Source: a virus (Duplodnaviria; Caudoviricetes). From it: 35,494 nucleotides of DNA. Shown here one piece after another: positions 1-8,737 of this stretch (positions are counted from its first letter, which is position 1; each line of letters begins with the position of its first letter). A program made the translations under genes and the position numbers. Where the stretch lies: positions 1 through 35,494 of IMG/VR virus record IMGVR_UViG_3300037419_000304; one strand, given 5' to 3'. The notes beneath the pieces are model-generated. The model worked only from the letters and a program-made list of their open reading frames with translations. It was not told where the DNA came from and ran no database searches.

Positions 1-127
1 CGTTCGGGGCGAAGTTCAGGGGGAAGTTCGCCCGAAGTTCGCGCGAACAACAAGCGAAGTTCGGATCAGGTTCGCGACCCCCGACCCGACCCGACCCGAC
101 CAGAAGTTCCTGACGGAACTTCTTCGG
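1..127. repeat. 127-bp direct repeat identical to 35368-35494 (circular contig overlap)
   Basis: Bases 1-127 match the last 127 bases exactly, and an ORF reads through the join in frame. Confidence 0.95.
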
Positions 128-486
128 GGGTTCCCGAGCATTCGAAGCCCGCCAGTATGCCCCGCTCACGCGGGGCCGGGACAAGGATCCCCGAGCCGTT
201 CATCGTCGACGAGGCGATGAGGGACTGGGCTGTCGATCGCGGCTACACCGCCGAATGGTGCATGCAGCAGACGGAGCGGTTCATCAACTACTGGACCGCG
301 AAGCCAGGCAAGGACGGCACCAAGTCCGACTGGCGGGCGACGTGGCGGAACTGGATCCTCAAGGCCGCCGACGACCTGCCGCCGTACTCAGGCCAGGCGG
401 CCACCCGCCGACCCAACGGACCCGACAGCGGTCTGTTCGACCGGGCGATGGAACGCGCCCAGCAGCGATTGGAGATCGTCCAGTGA
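1..486 (+). CDS. RepA-like replication initiator, C-terminal part (gene starts at 35047 and crosses the join; about 268 aa)
   Basis: Frame of 157..486 is open back to base 1 and continuous with 35047..35367; PDPTRP linker and C-terminal F..YW...K.DW.ATWRNW motif typical of actinophage initiators. Confidence 0.85.
   Translation, partial: RSGRSSGGSSPEVRANNKRSSDQVRDPRPDPTRPEVPDGTSSGVPEHSKPASMPRSRGAGTRIPEPFIVDEAMRDWAVDRGYTAEWCMQQTERFINYWTAKPGKDGTKSDWRATWRNWILKAADDLPPYSGQAATRRPNGPDSGLFDRAMERAQQRLEIVQ
11..123. promoter_or_regulatory. Candidate replication origin (iterons) inside the rep gene
   Basis: GAAGTTC at 11, 23, 34, 56 and 103, degenerate copies at 45 and 67, CCGAC tandem at about 81-100, inverted repeat AGAAGTTCC/GGAACTTCT at 102-123. 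Confidence 0.6.
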
Positions 487-725
487 CCGAGGAAAAGAAG
501 TCCGAGGGTTGGCGGATCTGCGACGGCCTGTGCGTTACCGCCGCGGATATCGGCGTAGGCAGCGGCGACGTCGTCGCCTACGCGCACCCCGGTTGCCCAG
601 CGCACGACCCGGATGCGGTCTGCGAATGCGGTTGCCCAGATCGATGCCTGTCGCCGACCCACGGGCAGGTCAGCATGCGTGAGGCGTTGAAGATCCGCCA
701 CTGGCAGTCCAGGGGGAACCGGTGA
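483..725 (+). CDS. Cys/His-rich hypothetical protein (80 aa)
   Basis: GTGA overlaps with rep stop and with next gene; several Cys/His clusters. Confidence 0.6.
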   Translation: MTEEKKSEGWRICDGLCVTAADIGVGSGDVVAYAHPGCPAHDPDAVCECGCPDRCLSPTHGQVSMREALKIRHWQSRGNR

Positions 726-1159
726 GCCCAGAAGAGGCCGTAGCGCTGTGCCGCTTCACTGCTGCCTGCTGCCCCAGTCAGAAGTTCGACGAGTACACCC
801 CAGACGCCTGGGGACTCCTGCTGGCCGATGTCCGGTTCATCGACGCGAAGGAGGCCGTGACGATCGTGGCCCGCAAACAGCCGTGGGTGTCGCCGGCCGA
901 GATCATCAGCGAGGTGAAGAAGATCCGCCGCAAGAGGATCGACGAGTACGGCCCGATCACCCCACCCGCAGACCTGGACCCTGACGACACCGCGGCGTAC
1001 CGGGAGTGGTGGGCAGGTGTCCAGCGCGCAATCGCTGACGGGGAGATGCGACCGAAGGAGCTCGACCTCCCGAAGCGCGACGTGAAGGCACTCACCCGTG
1101 GCGCGTTCCGCCGTGTCCCCGCAGGCCGCTACACCGAACAGGAGACAACCAATGGCTGA
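722..1159 (+). CDS. Putative helicase loader/inhibitor-like protein
   Basis: Lies just downstream of rep; AW..LL.D.....A..AV.......P.V.PAEI pattern typical of proteins that follow phage initiators. Confidence 0.55.
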   Translation: MSPEEAVALCRFTAACCPSQKFDEYTPDAWGLLLADVRFIDAKEAVTIVARKQPWVSPAEIISEVKKIRRKRIDEYGPITPPADLDPDDTAAYREWWAGVQRAIADGEMRPKELDLPKRDVKALTRGAFRRVPAGRYTEQETTNG

Positions 1160-1337
1160 AATCCACCCGATCAAAATCGGTGTGGTCGTGCGATCGGAGG
1201 CCGAGATCAAGGCTGAGGCGCTGCGTGAGGCCGCCGACGCTTGGTACGGCGACGAAGGCCCGTGGAACAGCCATGGCAGTGAGGCGACGTGGCTGAGGGC
1301 GCGAGCCGCCAAGATCGAGGCTGGTGGGCATGTCTGA
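1152..1337 (+). CDS. Hypothetical protein (61 aa)
   Basis: GGAG RBS before ATG 1152; KAEALREAAD...WLRARA motif common in actinophage small genes. Confidence 0.7.
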   Translation: MAEIHPIKIGVVVRSEAEIKAEALREAADAWYGDEGPWNSHGSEATWLRARAAKIEAGGHV

Positions 1338-1566
1338 CGACCGCGAGGTGTTCCGCGTGAGGCGTGAGGCCGGGTTGGCTAAGCGTCACGAGACCCGAGA
1401 GGACCGCTTCCACGAACGTGTGCGCGAAGTCCTTGCTGAAGGCTTGGCGGACTACGTCAACAAGCTTCCGTGGTCGCCTAACGCTCAGGACCTCGCTGTC
1501 GCTGGCTATCAAGCCCTACTGGATGCGGGGTACGTCGTCATCCCAGCCACCGAGGAGGCGCCATGA
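1330..1566 (+). CDS. Hypothetical protein
   Basis: Overlaps neighbours in a coupled operon; RBS upstream. Confidence 0.65.
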   Translation: MSDDREVFRVRREAGLAKRHETREDRFHERVREVLAEGLADYVNKLPWSPNAQDLAVAGYQALLDAGYVVIPATEEAP

Positions 1567-1862
1567 CTATGCCGAGAACTAGTGCGGCCAAGTGTCATAT
1601 CTGCGGATGCGTCTGGACATTCCCCGCCGAGGATGCGGCGCAGGGGTTCATTGACGAGCACATCAGCCGACACAAGGCGAGAGGTGATGAGACCCGAGAA
1701 GCACGAGCCATCCGCCGGCAAGTGGCCGAAGAGATCGCGCAGGCCATCGAGGCGCAACTTCGGCGCGAACCACAAGCTGACGCGCTGCGCCGCAGTCCAG
1801 CCGACTACCTGAGGAGCGCAGCCGAACTCGCCCGTGAGATCGGCTCCAAGGAGACGTCATGA
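1563..1862 (+). CDS. Hypothetical protein with CxxC...H motif
   Basis: GGAGG RBS and ATGA overlaps at both ends. Confidence 0.7.
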   Translation: MTMPRTSAAKCHICGCVWTFPAEDAAQGFIDEHISRHKARGDETREARAIRRQVAEEIAQAIEAQLRREPQADALRRSPADYLRSAAELAREIGSKETS

Positions 1863-2491
1863 TCGCCTGCGTATGCGGCAAGCCCGCACGAGACGCCTAC
1901 CTCTGCCGGTCCTGCTCCCGCCGCCTAGAGAGGGCACTGGGCGATCTTCCAGCACTCCTCGCGGACCTGGACGTCACCCTCACCCGTCAAGCCGTCACAG
2001 GGGCACACAGCGAAGGCAAGCCCACCAAGAAGGACTCCCAGCCCCTACCGCTCCACAACGGCGCCGCAGCGGTCGCGTTCGACGTACGGCACAAACTCAC
2101 CACCAGCGTCCGACACCTCACCGAAGCCCGCGGAATTGTAGACCTGCCCGCCGACAATCCACCCGCGATGGCCCGCTGGCTCCTGCTGTACCACGACACC
2201 ATCCGCCTTGACCCCGCAGGACCGGACATCGCCAGCGACATCCACGCCTGCACCACCGCCATCATGACCGTCATCGATCTGCCCACCACCCGCGGCCAGT
2301 TCAAGGTCGGCATGTGCCCCGAGACCGACGAGCAGGGGGCGCTCTGCCCCGGCGAGGTGTGGGTACACCTACCCGCCGAAGACCTCGGGCTACTGGCCAC
2401 GATGGAATGCAGGAAATGCGGCAAGGTGTACGAGACGTGGCAGTGGCTCAGGGCTGGGGCGAGGATCCTGAAACGGGGTAGCGCAGCGTGA
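1859..2491 (+). CDS. Zn-finger protein, possible late-gene regulator
   Basis: N-terminal CxC/CxxC and C-terminal C...C...CxxC; last early gene before the packaging module. Confidence 0.6.
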   Translation: MIACVCGKPARDAYLCRSCSRRLERALGDLPALLADLDVTLTRQAVTGAHSEGKPTKKDSQPLPLHNGAAAVAFDVRHKLTTSVRHLTEARGIVDLPADNPPAMARWLLLYHDTIRLDPAGPDIASDIHACTTAIMTVIDLPTTRGQFKVGMCPETDEQGALCPGEVWVHLPAEDLGLLATMECRKCGKVYETWQWLRAGARILKRGSAA

Positions 2492-2569
2492 GCGTGTCGC
2501 TTGCAATGTGAGGCAGGGACTTGACAGGATAGCTGCTATAAGTGCTACCCACGTCTCTGAGCGTGGGAT

Positions 2570-2604
2570 GGAACCCCAGTCTGCTGACGTCAGGCTGGGG
2601 TTCC
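2570..2604 (+). promoter_or_regulatory. Strong hairpin in the late-operon leader
   Basis: GGAACCCCAGTCTG pairs with CAGGCTGGGGTTCC; TTGCAA (2501), TTGACA (2521) and TATAAG promoter-like hexamers lie upstream. Confidence 0.5.
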
Positions 2605-2673
2605 CTCATGTGCGGTTCGGTCCTGGTTCATCCCCGTGGCTGGGACCGGACCTTCACCGGGGGTGGTGACCAC

Positions 2674-2949
2674 ATGCCACGCAACGGCAACACCACCGCC
2701 CGAGGGTACGGCTCGCAACACAGGGCCGAGCGAGCCAAGTGGGAACATAGCGTTGCATCCGGTAACGCCATCTGCTGGCGCTGCGCCCAACCGATAATCC
2801 CCACAGACTCCTGGGATCTCGGCCACGACGACGATGACCGCACAAAGTACAAGGGCCCGGAGCACACTCGCTGTAACCGAGCAGCAGGCGGCCGCAAGGG
2901 TGCAGCGGTAACCAACACCAAGCGATCCATGACCGTGAGGGAATGGTGA
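2674..2949 (+). CDS. Terminase-associated HNH-type endonuclease (91 aa)
   Basis: TTARGYG..H, CWRC, WDLGH, PEH..CNR motifs; located before terS. Confidence 0.85.
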   Translation: MPRNGNTTARGYGSQHRAERAKWEHSVASGNAICWRCAQPIIPTDSWDLGHDDDDRTKYKGPEHTRCNRAAGGRKGAAVTNTKRSMTVREW

Positions 2950-3347
2950 GACGAGTCGTACTGATCTGCGGCCCACCGGGTGCCGGCAAGACCACGCTCG
3001 CCAAGTCGTTGGGTCTCGAGGTGTATGACCTCGACGACCCCAAATGGGGTGGCAGTGAACAGCGGTTCAGGCAAGCGCTGAGGCTCCTTGCCAAGAACCC
3101 GAACGCCCAGGCTGCAGTCATCAGAGCTGGTGCCACGATGTCCGCTCGAGCTAAAGCAGCCGAGCTCGTCGCAGCTACCGAGACACGCATCATCACGACA
3201 CCCCGTGATGAATGCATCAAGCGGGTCGTAGCACGCAACCGCCCACGCCCACCACTCAAGGTCCAGATCGCTGCGGTCGACACATGGTGGACCAAGCACA
3301 AGATGGACGCTGCCACACCAACTGGATCCACGGTGCGGGAGTGGTGA
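2943..3347 (+). CDS. Small P-loop NTPase/kinase (AAA_33-like)
   Basis: Walker A VVLICGPPGAGKTT followed by DLDD; start may be GTG at 2946. Confidence 0.85.
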   Translation: MVRRVVLICGPPGAGKTTLAKSLGLEVYDLDDPKWGGSEQRFRQALRLLAKNPNAQAAVIRAGATMSARAKAAELVAATETRIITTPRDECIKRVVARNRPRPPLKVQIAAVDTWWTKHKMDAATPTGSTVREW

Positions 3348-3593
3348 TGCATAGTCATCCATGGAGTGGATGAATAACCATGCCCGTGGGCCACGTCTCA
3401 CGGTGACGCACTGTGATGGACTACTGAGCGTGTTCGGTGACGCGTCAAGTTTTTAGGATCTGGCCCTCACGACCCTCGCACGCCAGTCCCTCCCTCTCCC
3501 CGCGCTGGCGTGTAGCGCACTGACGCTGCGTGACGGCAGCGGGGTCACTCCCTGTTAGCAGCCCGGCCTCGTCCCGTCTGGTGGTGGATAGTT
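3348..3593. other. Probable cos/packaging region
   Basis: Non-coding gap between HNH/ATPase and terS; repeated (G)TGACG(C) at 3403, 3437, 3521, 3530; T-tract at about 3450; pyrimidine tract at 3487-3501. Confidence 0.5.
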
Positions 3594-4013
3594 ATGCATC
3601 GCCCTTGTGACGTCTGCGGTGAGGTGTACGAGGCGAAACGATCGTCGTCGAAGTACTGCTCGGGTCGTTGCCGGGTCCGCGCAGCCCGTGGATCGGTTAC
3701 CGAGCACCGCGACGAGGTTGCGCCGACTTTGGTGCAGTTGCCGACCGAATCGGACCAGATCGGCCCCGTTGAGGCCGTTACGCTGCAGCACCTGCGGGAC
3801 GCTGAGCGGGATCAGACGGTGCTTGGGCAGGCTTCGCTGGCACTGGCTCGGCGTCTGGACTACGGGCGTGACACTGGCGCTGGCATGGCTTCGCTGGCGA
3901 AGCAGCTCGAAGCGTCGCTGAAGGCGGCCACGGCGGATGTGAAGTCTGCGGCGTCGCCACTGGATCAGGCCCGCGACCAACTGGCCGAGCGCAGGGCGAA
4001 GCGCGGTGCTTGA
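3594..4013 (+). CDS. terS: Terminase small subunit with N-terminal Zn ribbon
   Basis: Directly upstream of and overlapping terL; ALARRLD...A.LAKQL...L and LDQ.R..LAERR pattern; CDVC...YCSGRC. Confidence 0.8.
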   Translation: MHRPCDVCGEVYEAKRSSSKYCSGRCRVRAARGSVTEHRDEVAPTLVQLPTESDQIGPVEAVTLQHLRDAERDQTVLGQASLALARRLDYGRDTGAGMASLAKQLEASLKAATADVKSAASPLDQARDQLAERRAKRGA

Positions 4014-5430
4014 TCCGGCGTTCAAGTGGGTGCCGGACTATCAGGAATCGTTCGGGGATCTCGCCGCCGATGTCGGCGCCCAGTTGGGCATGCCGATGGA
4101 CGATGAGCAGCGGATGATCCTGGATGCGATCTTCGCCGAGGATCAGCCGGGGAAGCCGGCGTGCTTCTCGGTTGCGGTGGTTGCTCCTAGGCAGAACCTG
4201 AAGACGGCAACGCTTGAGATTGCCGCATTGACGGATGTGTTCGTGCTGGGTGAACCACTGCATGCGTGGACGGCGCACCTGTTCGACACGGCGCAGAAGA
4301 CGTTCGAGCACATGTGCCAGTTGATCGAGGGTAACGACGATTTCCGTAAGCGGTGCAGGAAGCCGAGGACAGCGAACGGCGACGAGGCTATTGAGCTCTT
4401 GTCTGGTGAGCGGATCGAGTTCCACGCCCGATCCAAGGGCGGCGGCCGCGGTATCTCGGGCGACAAGATCACCTGGGATGAGGCACTGTTCCTGACTCCC
4501 GGTCAGACTGGCGCGCTGATGCCGATCCTGGCGACCCGCAAGGGTGCTCAGGTCCGCTATGGGTCTTCGGCCGGGTTCGCCGACTCTGATGTACTGCGCC
4601 GGATCCGTGATCGCGGCCGCGCGGGCGGGTCGAAGCGTTCGGCGTACTTCGAGTGGTGCGCTCCGCGCGTGGAGTGCCAGGATCCGATCTGTTCGCACAT
4701 GTGGGGCGAGGTCGAGGGGTGTGTCGCCGACAGGGTGGATCTGCTGCGGTTGGCGAATCCTGCCTATGGCCGGCGTATCACTGCGGAGCGTATGCAGGAC
4801 TTCCGTGAGGAGATGCCTGCGGAGGAGTTCATCCGTGAATTCCTCGGGTGGTGGGACGAACCGGGTTCAGCCGATGCTGCGTTCGGTATCGGCCGGTGGG
4901 ATGCCTGTTATGGGGATCCGCCGAGCGGCGTGAGCTTGGGCGCTATCGGCTTCGCGGCCACGATGGACATGACGCACGGCGCTATCACGGCGGCTGCTTT
5001 CGACGGGGATGTCGTGCATATCAAGCCGCTGCAGCATGGCCCGGGGATCGGCTGGATGGTTCAGCGGGCGAAGGCTCTGCAGGACCAACATCAGGTCGAT
5101 GTCATCGTCGACAACAGGGGGCCGGCGGCTGCGCTGATCCCCCACCTCGAGGGTGCTGGCGTCCGGGTCAACGCGGTAGATACCAAGTGGGTTCTTGACT
5201 CTTGCGCGACGATGCTCGACCTGGTTCGTGAGCGGAAATTGCGCCACGCCAGATATCCGGAACTGGAGACGGCCGTCTCCGGCGCCGTGAAGCGGATTGT
5301 CGGCGATCGATGGGCGTGGGGTCGGAAGGTGTCGACCTCGGACATTTCAACTCTTGAGGCCGCAACGCTCGCTGCTCACGCGGTCTATCTGCCTGCTGCC
5401 AACTATGACGTGCTCGAGTCCATACTTTGA
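4006..5430 (+). CDS. terL: Terminase large subunit
   Basis: Walker A variant APRQNLKT, Walker B ITWDEA, GRG motif, ANP motif, FIREFLGWW. Confidence 0.95.
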   Translation: MLDPAFKWVPDYQESFGDLAADVGAQLGMPMDDEQRMILDAIFAEDQPGKPACFSVAVVAPRQNLKTATLEIAALTDVFVLGEPLHAWTAHLFDTAQKTFEHMCQLIEGNDDFRKRCRKPRTANGDEAIELLSGERIEFHARSKGGGRGISGDKITWDEALFLTPGQTGALMPILATRKGAQVRYGSSAGFADSDVLRRIRDRGRAGGSKRSAYFEWCAPRVECQDPICSHMWGEVEGCVADRVDLLRLANPAYGRRITAERMQDFREEMPAEEFIREFLGWWDEPGSADAAFGIGRWDACYGDPPSGVSLGAIGFAATMDMTHGAITAAAFDGDVVHIKPLQHGPGIGWMVQRAKALQDQHQVDVIVDNRGPAAALIPHLEGAGVRVNAVDTKWVLDSCATMLDLVRERKLRHARYPELETAVSGAVKRIVGDRWAWGRKVSTSDISTLEAATLAAHAVYLPAANYDVLESIL

Positions 5431-5441
5431 CAGGAGGGGCG

Positions 5442-5570
5442 ATGTCCACGGTGTTCGATGTCGTCGCCGTCCTGTGTATCGCCGCGTTCGCGTGGTTCGT
5501 CTGGCCGCCGCTGGTGCTACTAGTGGTCGCTGCTGCTGCTCTCGCGGCTTCTTGGAGGGCGGCTAAGTGA
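5442..5570 (+). CDS. Small membrane protein (42 aa) between terL and portal
   Basis: AGGAGG RBS; MSTVFDVVAVLCIAAFAWFVWPPLVLLVVAAAALAASWRAAK; GTGA overlap with portal; absent from ORF track. Confidence 0.75.
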   Translation: MSTVFDVVAVLCIAAFAWFVWPPLVLLVVAAAALAASWRAAK

Positions 5571-6703
5571 GCCTGTTCTTCCGTCGCGGTGAGCGGCGCT
5601 CGATGGATCAGTGGTTCAACACCGACCCCAACCCTGACGGCCGGCTCGTGTCGCCTGAGCGTGCCGCGCATCTGGCGCCCGTATTTGCCGCGATCCGCCA
5701 CATCGTCGATTTCGTCTCAACCCTGCCACTGGACGCCTACCGGCTCGGTGACGACGGGGTGCGGACGGAGATATCGCTGCCGCATCTGTTCAGCAGCCAG
5801 AACGACCTGGGTCGCGCAGGTGTCGGACAGTGGTTCGGTCAGGCCGCGTACGGCGTCGTGACGCAAGGCAACGCCGTCGGCTGGACCGTGGAGACGGACG
5901 GCTTCGGGTTCCCCAAGGTCGTGTCCTGGCTGTCGAACGACGCGTGGTCCTTCGACGAGATGTCGAAGCAGTGGTACGTGGCCGGCGAGCCGGTTCCCGC
6001 TTCGAGGATCGTGCATATCCCGTGGATCGTGCCGACAGGGAAGACGCTGGGACTGTCGCCGATCGAGCATTTCGCGTCGATCGTCCGCGCCGGTCTTTCG
6101 GCACAGGAGTACGCGGATGTTAGGCGTGGTGGCGGGCTACCGCCGGCTGTGCTGAAGAACAGCCAGAAGGTACTGAGTCCCGACAGCGCAGCCACCATCC
6201 AGAGCCGCGCGGTGGCGTCGTTCGCCAGCGGGAAGCCGTTCGTGACCGGGTCCGACTGGGACCTGTCGCTGATGACGATCCCGCCGAACCACGCCCAGTT
6301 CATCGAGACGCTGAAGCTGACCGCGAACCAGATCGCCGCGATCTACGGCGTGGACCCGCGGGAGATCGGTGGAGAGGCCACCGAGTCGCTGACGTACTCA
6401 ACGGACGAGTCCCGGTCGCTGAACCGGGCGAACAACATGCGCCCGTACATCGTGCGCCTGGAGAACGCGTTCAACCGCCTCCTCCCCGAGCGGCAGTACA
6501 TCAAGCTGAACGTGGACGCGACGATCCGCACCGACATCAAGACCCGCACCGAGGTTGTTGGTGCGCAACTCGCAGACGGCCGCCTCAACCTGAACGAGGC
6601 CCGCTCACTCGACGACCGGGGCCCGGTCCCCGGAGGCCAGTTCCACAACGGTCCAGCCCCAACGACAGACCCCGCAAGTCGTCAGACAGGAGATACACCA
6701 TGA
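5567..6703 (+). CDS. Portal protein, HK97 family
   Basis: VFAAI..I...VSTLPL, GNA, GLSPI, QF.ET......IA.IYGV.P, L.LNEAR..DD motifs. Confidence 0.95.
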   Translation: MSLFFRRGERRSMDQWFNTDPNPDGRLVSPERAAHLAPVFAAIRHIVDFVSTLPLDAYRLGDDGVRTEISLPHLFSSQNDLGRAGVGQWFGQAAYGVVTQGNAVGWTVETDGFGFPKVVSWLSNDAWSFDEMSKQWYVAGEPVPASRIVHIPWIVPTGKTLGLSPIEHFASIVRAGLSAQEYADVRRGGGLPPAVLKNSQKVLSPDSAATIQSRAVASFASGKPFVTGSDWDLSLMTIPPNHAQFIETLKLTANQIAAIYGVDPREIGGEATESLTYSTDESRSLNRANNMRPYIVRLENAFNRLLPERQYIKLNVDATIRTDIKTRTEVVGAQLADGRLNLNEARSLDDRGPVPGGQFHNGPAPTTDPASRQTGDTP

Positions 6704-7368
6704 GCGACGCTGAGCGGCGCTTCACGTCGGTCCCGGTGGAGATCCGTGCCGCGACCGACAAGCGCTCCATCGGAGGCTACGCCGCCAAGTTCGTGCCTGC
6801 GATCAGCCAGAACCTGGGCGGCTTCAAGGAGCAGATCGCGCCTGTCGCGTTCAACCGCTCCGCGTCCCAGGCGTGGCCGGATGTGCAGGCGCGCTACAAC
6901 CACGAGGACAGCATGTTGTTGGGCACCACGGGTGGCGGCAGTCTGCGGCTGTCGGTCAACGACACCGGGCTGCAGTACGAGATCGACATGCTGGACGACG
7001 CCATCTCCGAGCGCATCTACAAGCTCGTGCAGCGCGGCGACGTCCGGCAGTCGTCGTTCGCGTTCATCTCCGATGTCGACGAGTGGTCCACCGACGACAC
7101 AGGCTTCCCGCTGCGGACCCTGCACCAGGTGCGGCTCATCGACGTGGCGCCGGTCAACGCGCCCGCATACCTCGACACCTCTGCCGCCGTGCGGTCCCTC
7201 GCGACCAAGTTCGACGCACCCGTTGAAGAGGTCCGCCAGCTGGCGCAGGACAACCAGCTGACGAAGTTCTTCAAGCGCACCGACGCGATCGACCCGAAGG
7301 TGCAGCGACGGTCGGCTCAGGCCGCGCTCGCCGCGATCCTCGCGCTGGACCCGTCCACGCGCCTCTGA
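6700..7368 (+). CDS. Prohead maturation protease, HK97 family
   Basis: GYAAKF, F.E.I.P.AF, YNH, SSFAF, L.DV.PV..PAY. Confidence 0.95.
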   Translation: MSDAERRFTSVPVEIRAATDKRSIGGYAAKFVPAISQNLGGFKEQIAPVAFNRSASQAWPDVQARYNHEDSMLLGTTGGGSLRLSVNDTGLQYEIDMLDDAISERIYKLVQRGDVRQSSFAFISDVDEWSTDDTGFPLRTLHQVRLIDVAPVNAPAYLDTSAAVRSLATKFDAPVEEVRQLAQDNQLTKFFKRTDAIDPKVQRRSAQAALAAILALDPSTRL

Positions 7369-7383
7369 TCTACCGCCATCGAT

Positions 7384-7448
7384 CCACCGGACCCCCGCTG
7401 GATCAGCGACGGTTCGCACTACCCGCACGCCCACCGGACCCCCGCTGG
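7384..7448 (+). repeat. 18-bp perfect direct repeat upstream of the capsid gene
   Basis: CCACCGGACCCCCGCTGG at 7384-7401 and 7431-7448. Confidence 0.9.
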
Positions 7449-7495
7449 GACTTACCGCACCACACACCCGAGTCCCACAGAAAGGGGACGCCAGC

Positions 7496-8734
7496 ATGTC
7501 CAGCATTGCTGACACGCTGATGGAGCGCCGCGCGGCGCTGATCAGCAAGGCCCAGGAGATGGCCCAGAAGGGCGTCACCGAGGACCGTGACCTGACCGTC
7601 GAGGAGCAGACAGCCTTCGACGGCATGATCGCCGAGGCGGGCAAGCTGCAGGAGCGCGCCAAGGCCATCAAGGAGGGCGAGGACCGCGGGCGCGAGCTCG
7701 AGGAGTCCTTCCGTTCCGTCACCGGCCGCGAGCCCAAGATGGGCGAGCAGCGCACCGAGTCGGGTCTCGCCAAGTGGGCTCGCGAGGCCCGCATCGGCGA
7801 CAGCTTCGATGTCGCGCCGGTTCGCGGCGCCGAGATGCGCGCACTGCAGCGCGCGCGGGCTGGCGTCGAATCCCGCGCCATGTCCGCCACTGGCGGTGTC
7901 GCCCAGGATGGCGTGTACGGGCAGCTGTGGGAGTACGCGATTGCCACGTCGCAGATCCTCATGGCTGGCGCTCAGGTCATCAACACCGCAGACGGCAACA
8001 CCCTGCCGTTCCCGGTCGCCACCGCACACGCTGCGACCTCGGACACCACGGTCGCCGCGAACGCCGCGATTGGCACGAGTGACGCCACCATCACCACGGT
8101 GAACAACACCGTCGCGAAGAACGCGTACCTGACGCTGGTTCCGACCGAACTGGTTCAGGATGCGACCTTCGACCTGGAGGGCTACATCGCCCGCTCGGCT
8201 GGCCGCGAACTGGGCCGGCGCGTGCAAAAGGTCGCTTCGACCGCAGCGGTCGCCGGGTTCACTACGGTCGGTTCGACTGGCCCGACCGGAACCAGCACGT
8301 CGCTCGGCACCCAGTCGACCGCAGGCCAGGGTTCGGACCTGCTGGTGGACCTGTTCCACTCGGTGCTCGTCGACTACCGCCAGTCCGCCGCGTGGCTGAT
8401 GGCCGACCCGACCGCGGCGATCGTCCGCAAGCTCAAGACCAGCACCGGGGATCCGGTCTGGCAGCCTGCTCTGACTGCGGGCGATCCGGATCTGGTCCTC
8501 GGCAAGTCGGTGTACATCGACCCGTTCCTGCCCTCCCCGGGCGCGTCGAACAAGACGATCTACTTCGGCGAGTGGGCCGCGCTCCTGGTCCGCATCGCGG
8601 GCGGCCTGCGGTTCGAGCGCAGCAACGAGTATGCCTTCGGCAACGACCAGGTCGCGTTCCGCGCGATCGTCCGGTCTGGTGCTTCAGTGCTGGACCCCAA
8701 TGCGGTCAAGTACTTCGTTCACAGCGCCACGTAG
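7496..8734 (+). CDS. Major capsid protein, HK97 fold with delta domain
   Basis: Coiled N-terminal scaffold, ELVQD...DL..YI, KLK...G..VWQP, FG.DQVAFRA..R. Confidence 0.95.
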   Translation: MSSIADTLMERRAALISKAQEMAQKGVTEDRDLTVEEQTAFDGMIAEAGKLQERAKAIKEGEDRGRELEESFRSVTGREPKMGEQRTESGLAKWAREARIGDSFDVAPVRGAEMRALQRARAGVESRAMSATGGVAQDGVYGQLWEYAIATSQILMAGAQVINTADGNTLPFPVATAHAATSDTTVAANAAIGTSDATITTVNNTVAKNAYLTLVPTELVQDATFDLEGYIARSAGRELGRRVQKVASTAAVAGFTTVGSTGPTGTSTSLGTQSTAGQGSDLLVDLFHSVLVDYRQSAAWLMADPTAAIVRKLKTSTGDPVWQPALTAGDPDLVLGKSVYIDPFLPSPGASNKTIYFGEWAALLVRIAGGLRFERSNEYAFGNDQVAFRAIVRSGASVLDPNAVKYFVHSAT

Positions 8735-8737
8735 GAT

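Noticed and set aside
2521-2543. TTGACA...TATAAG as a canonical promoter pair
   Set aside because: Spacing is only about 10 bp; a promoter here is plausible but not with this pairing
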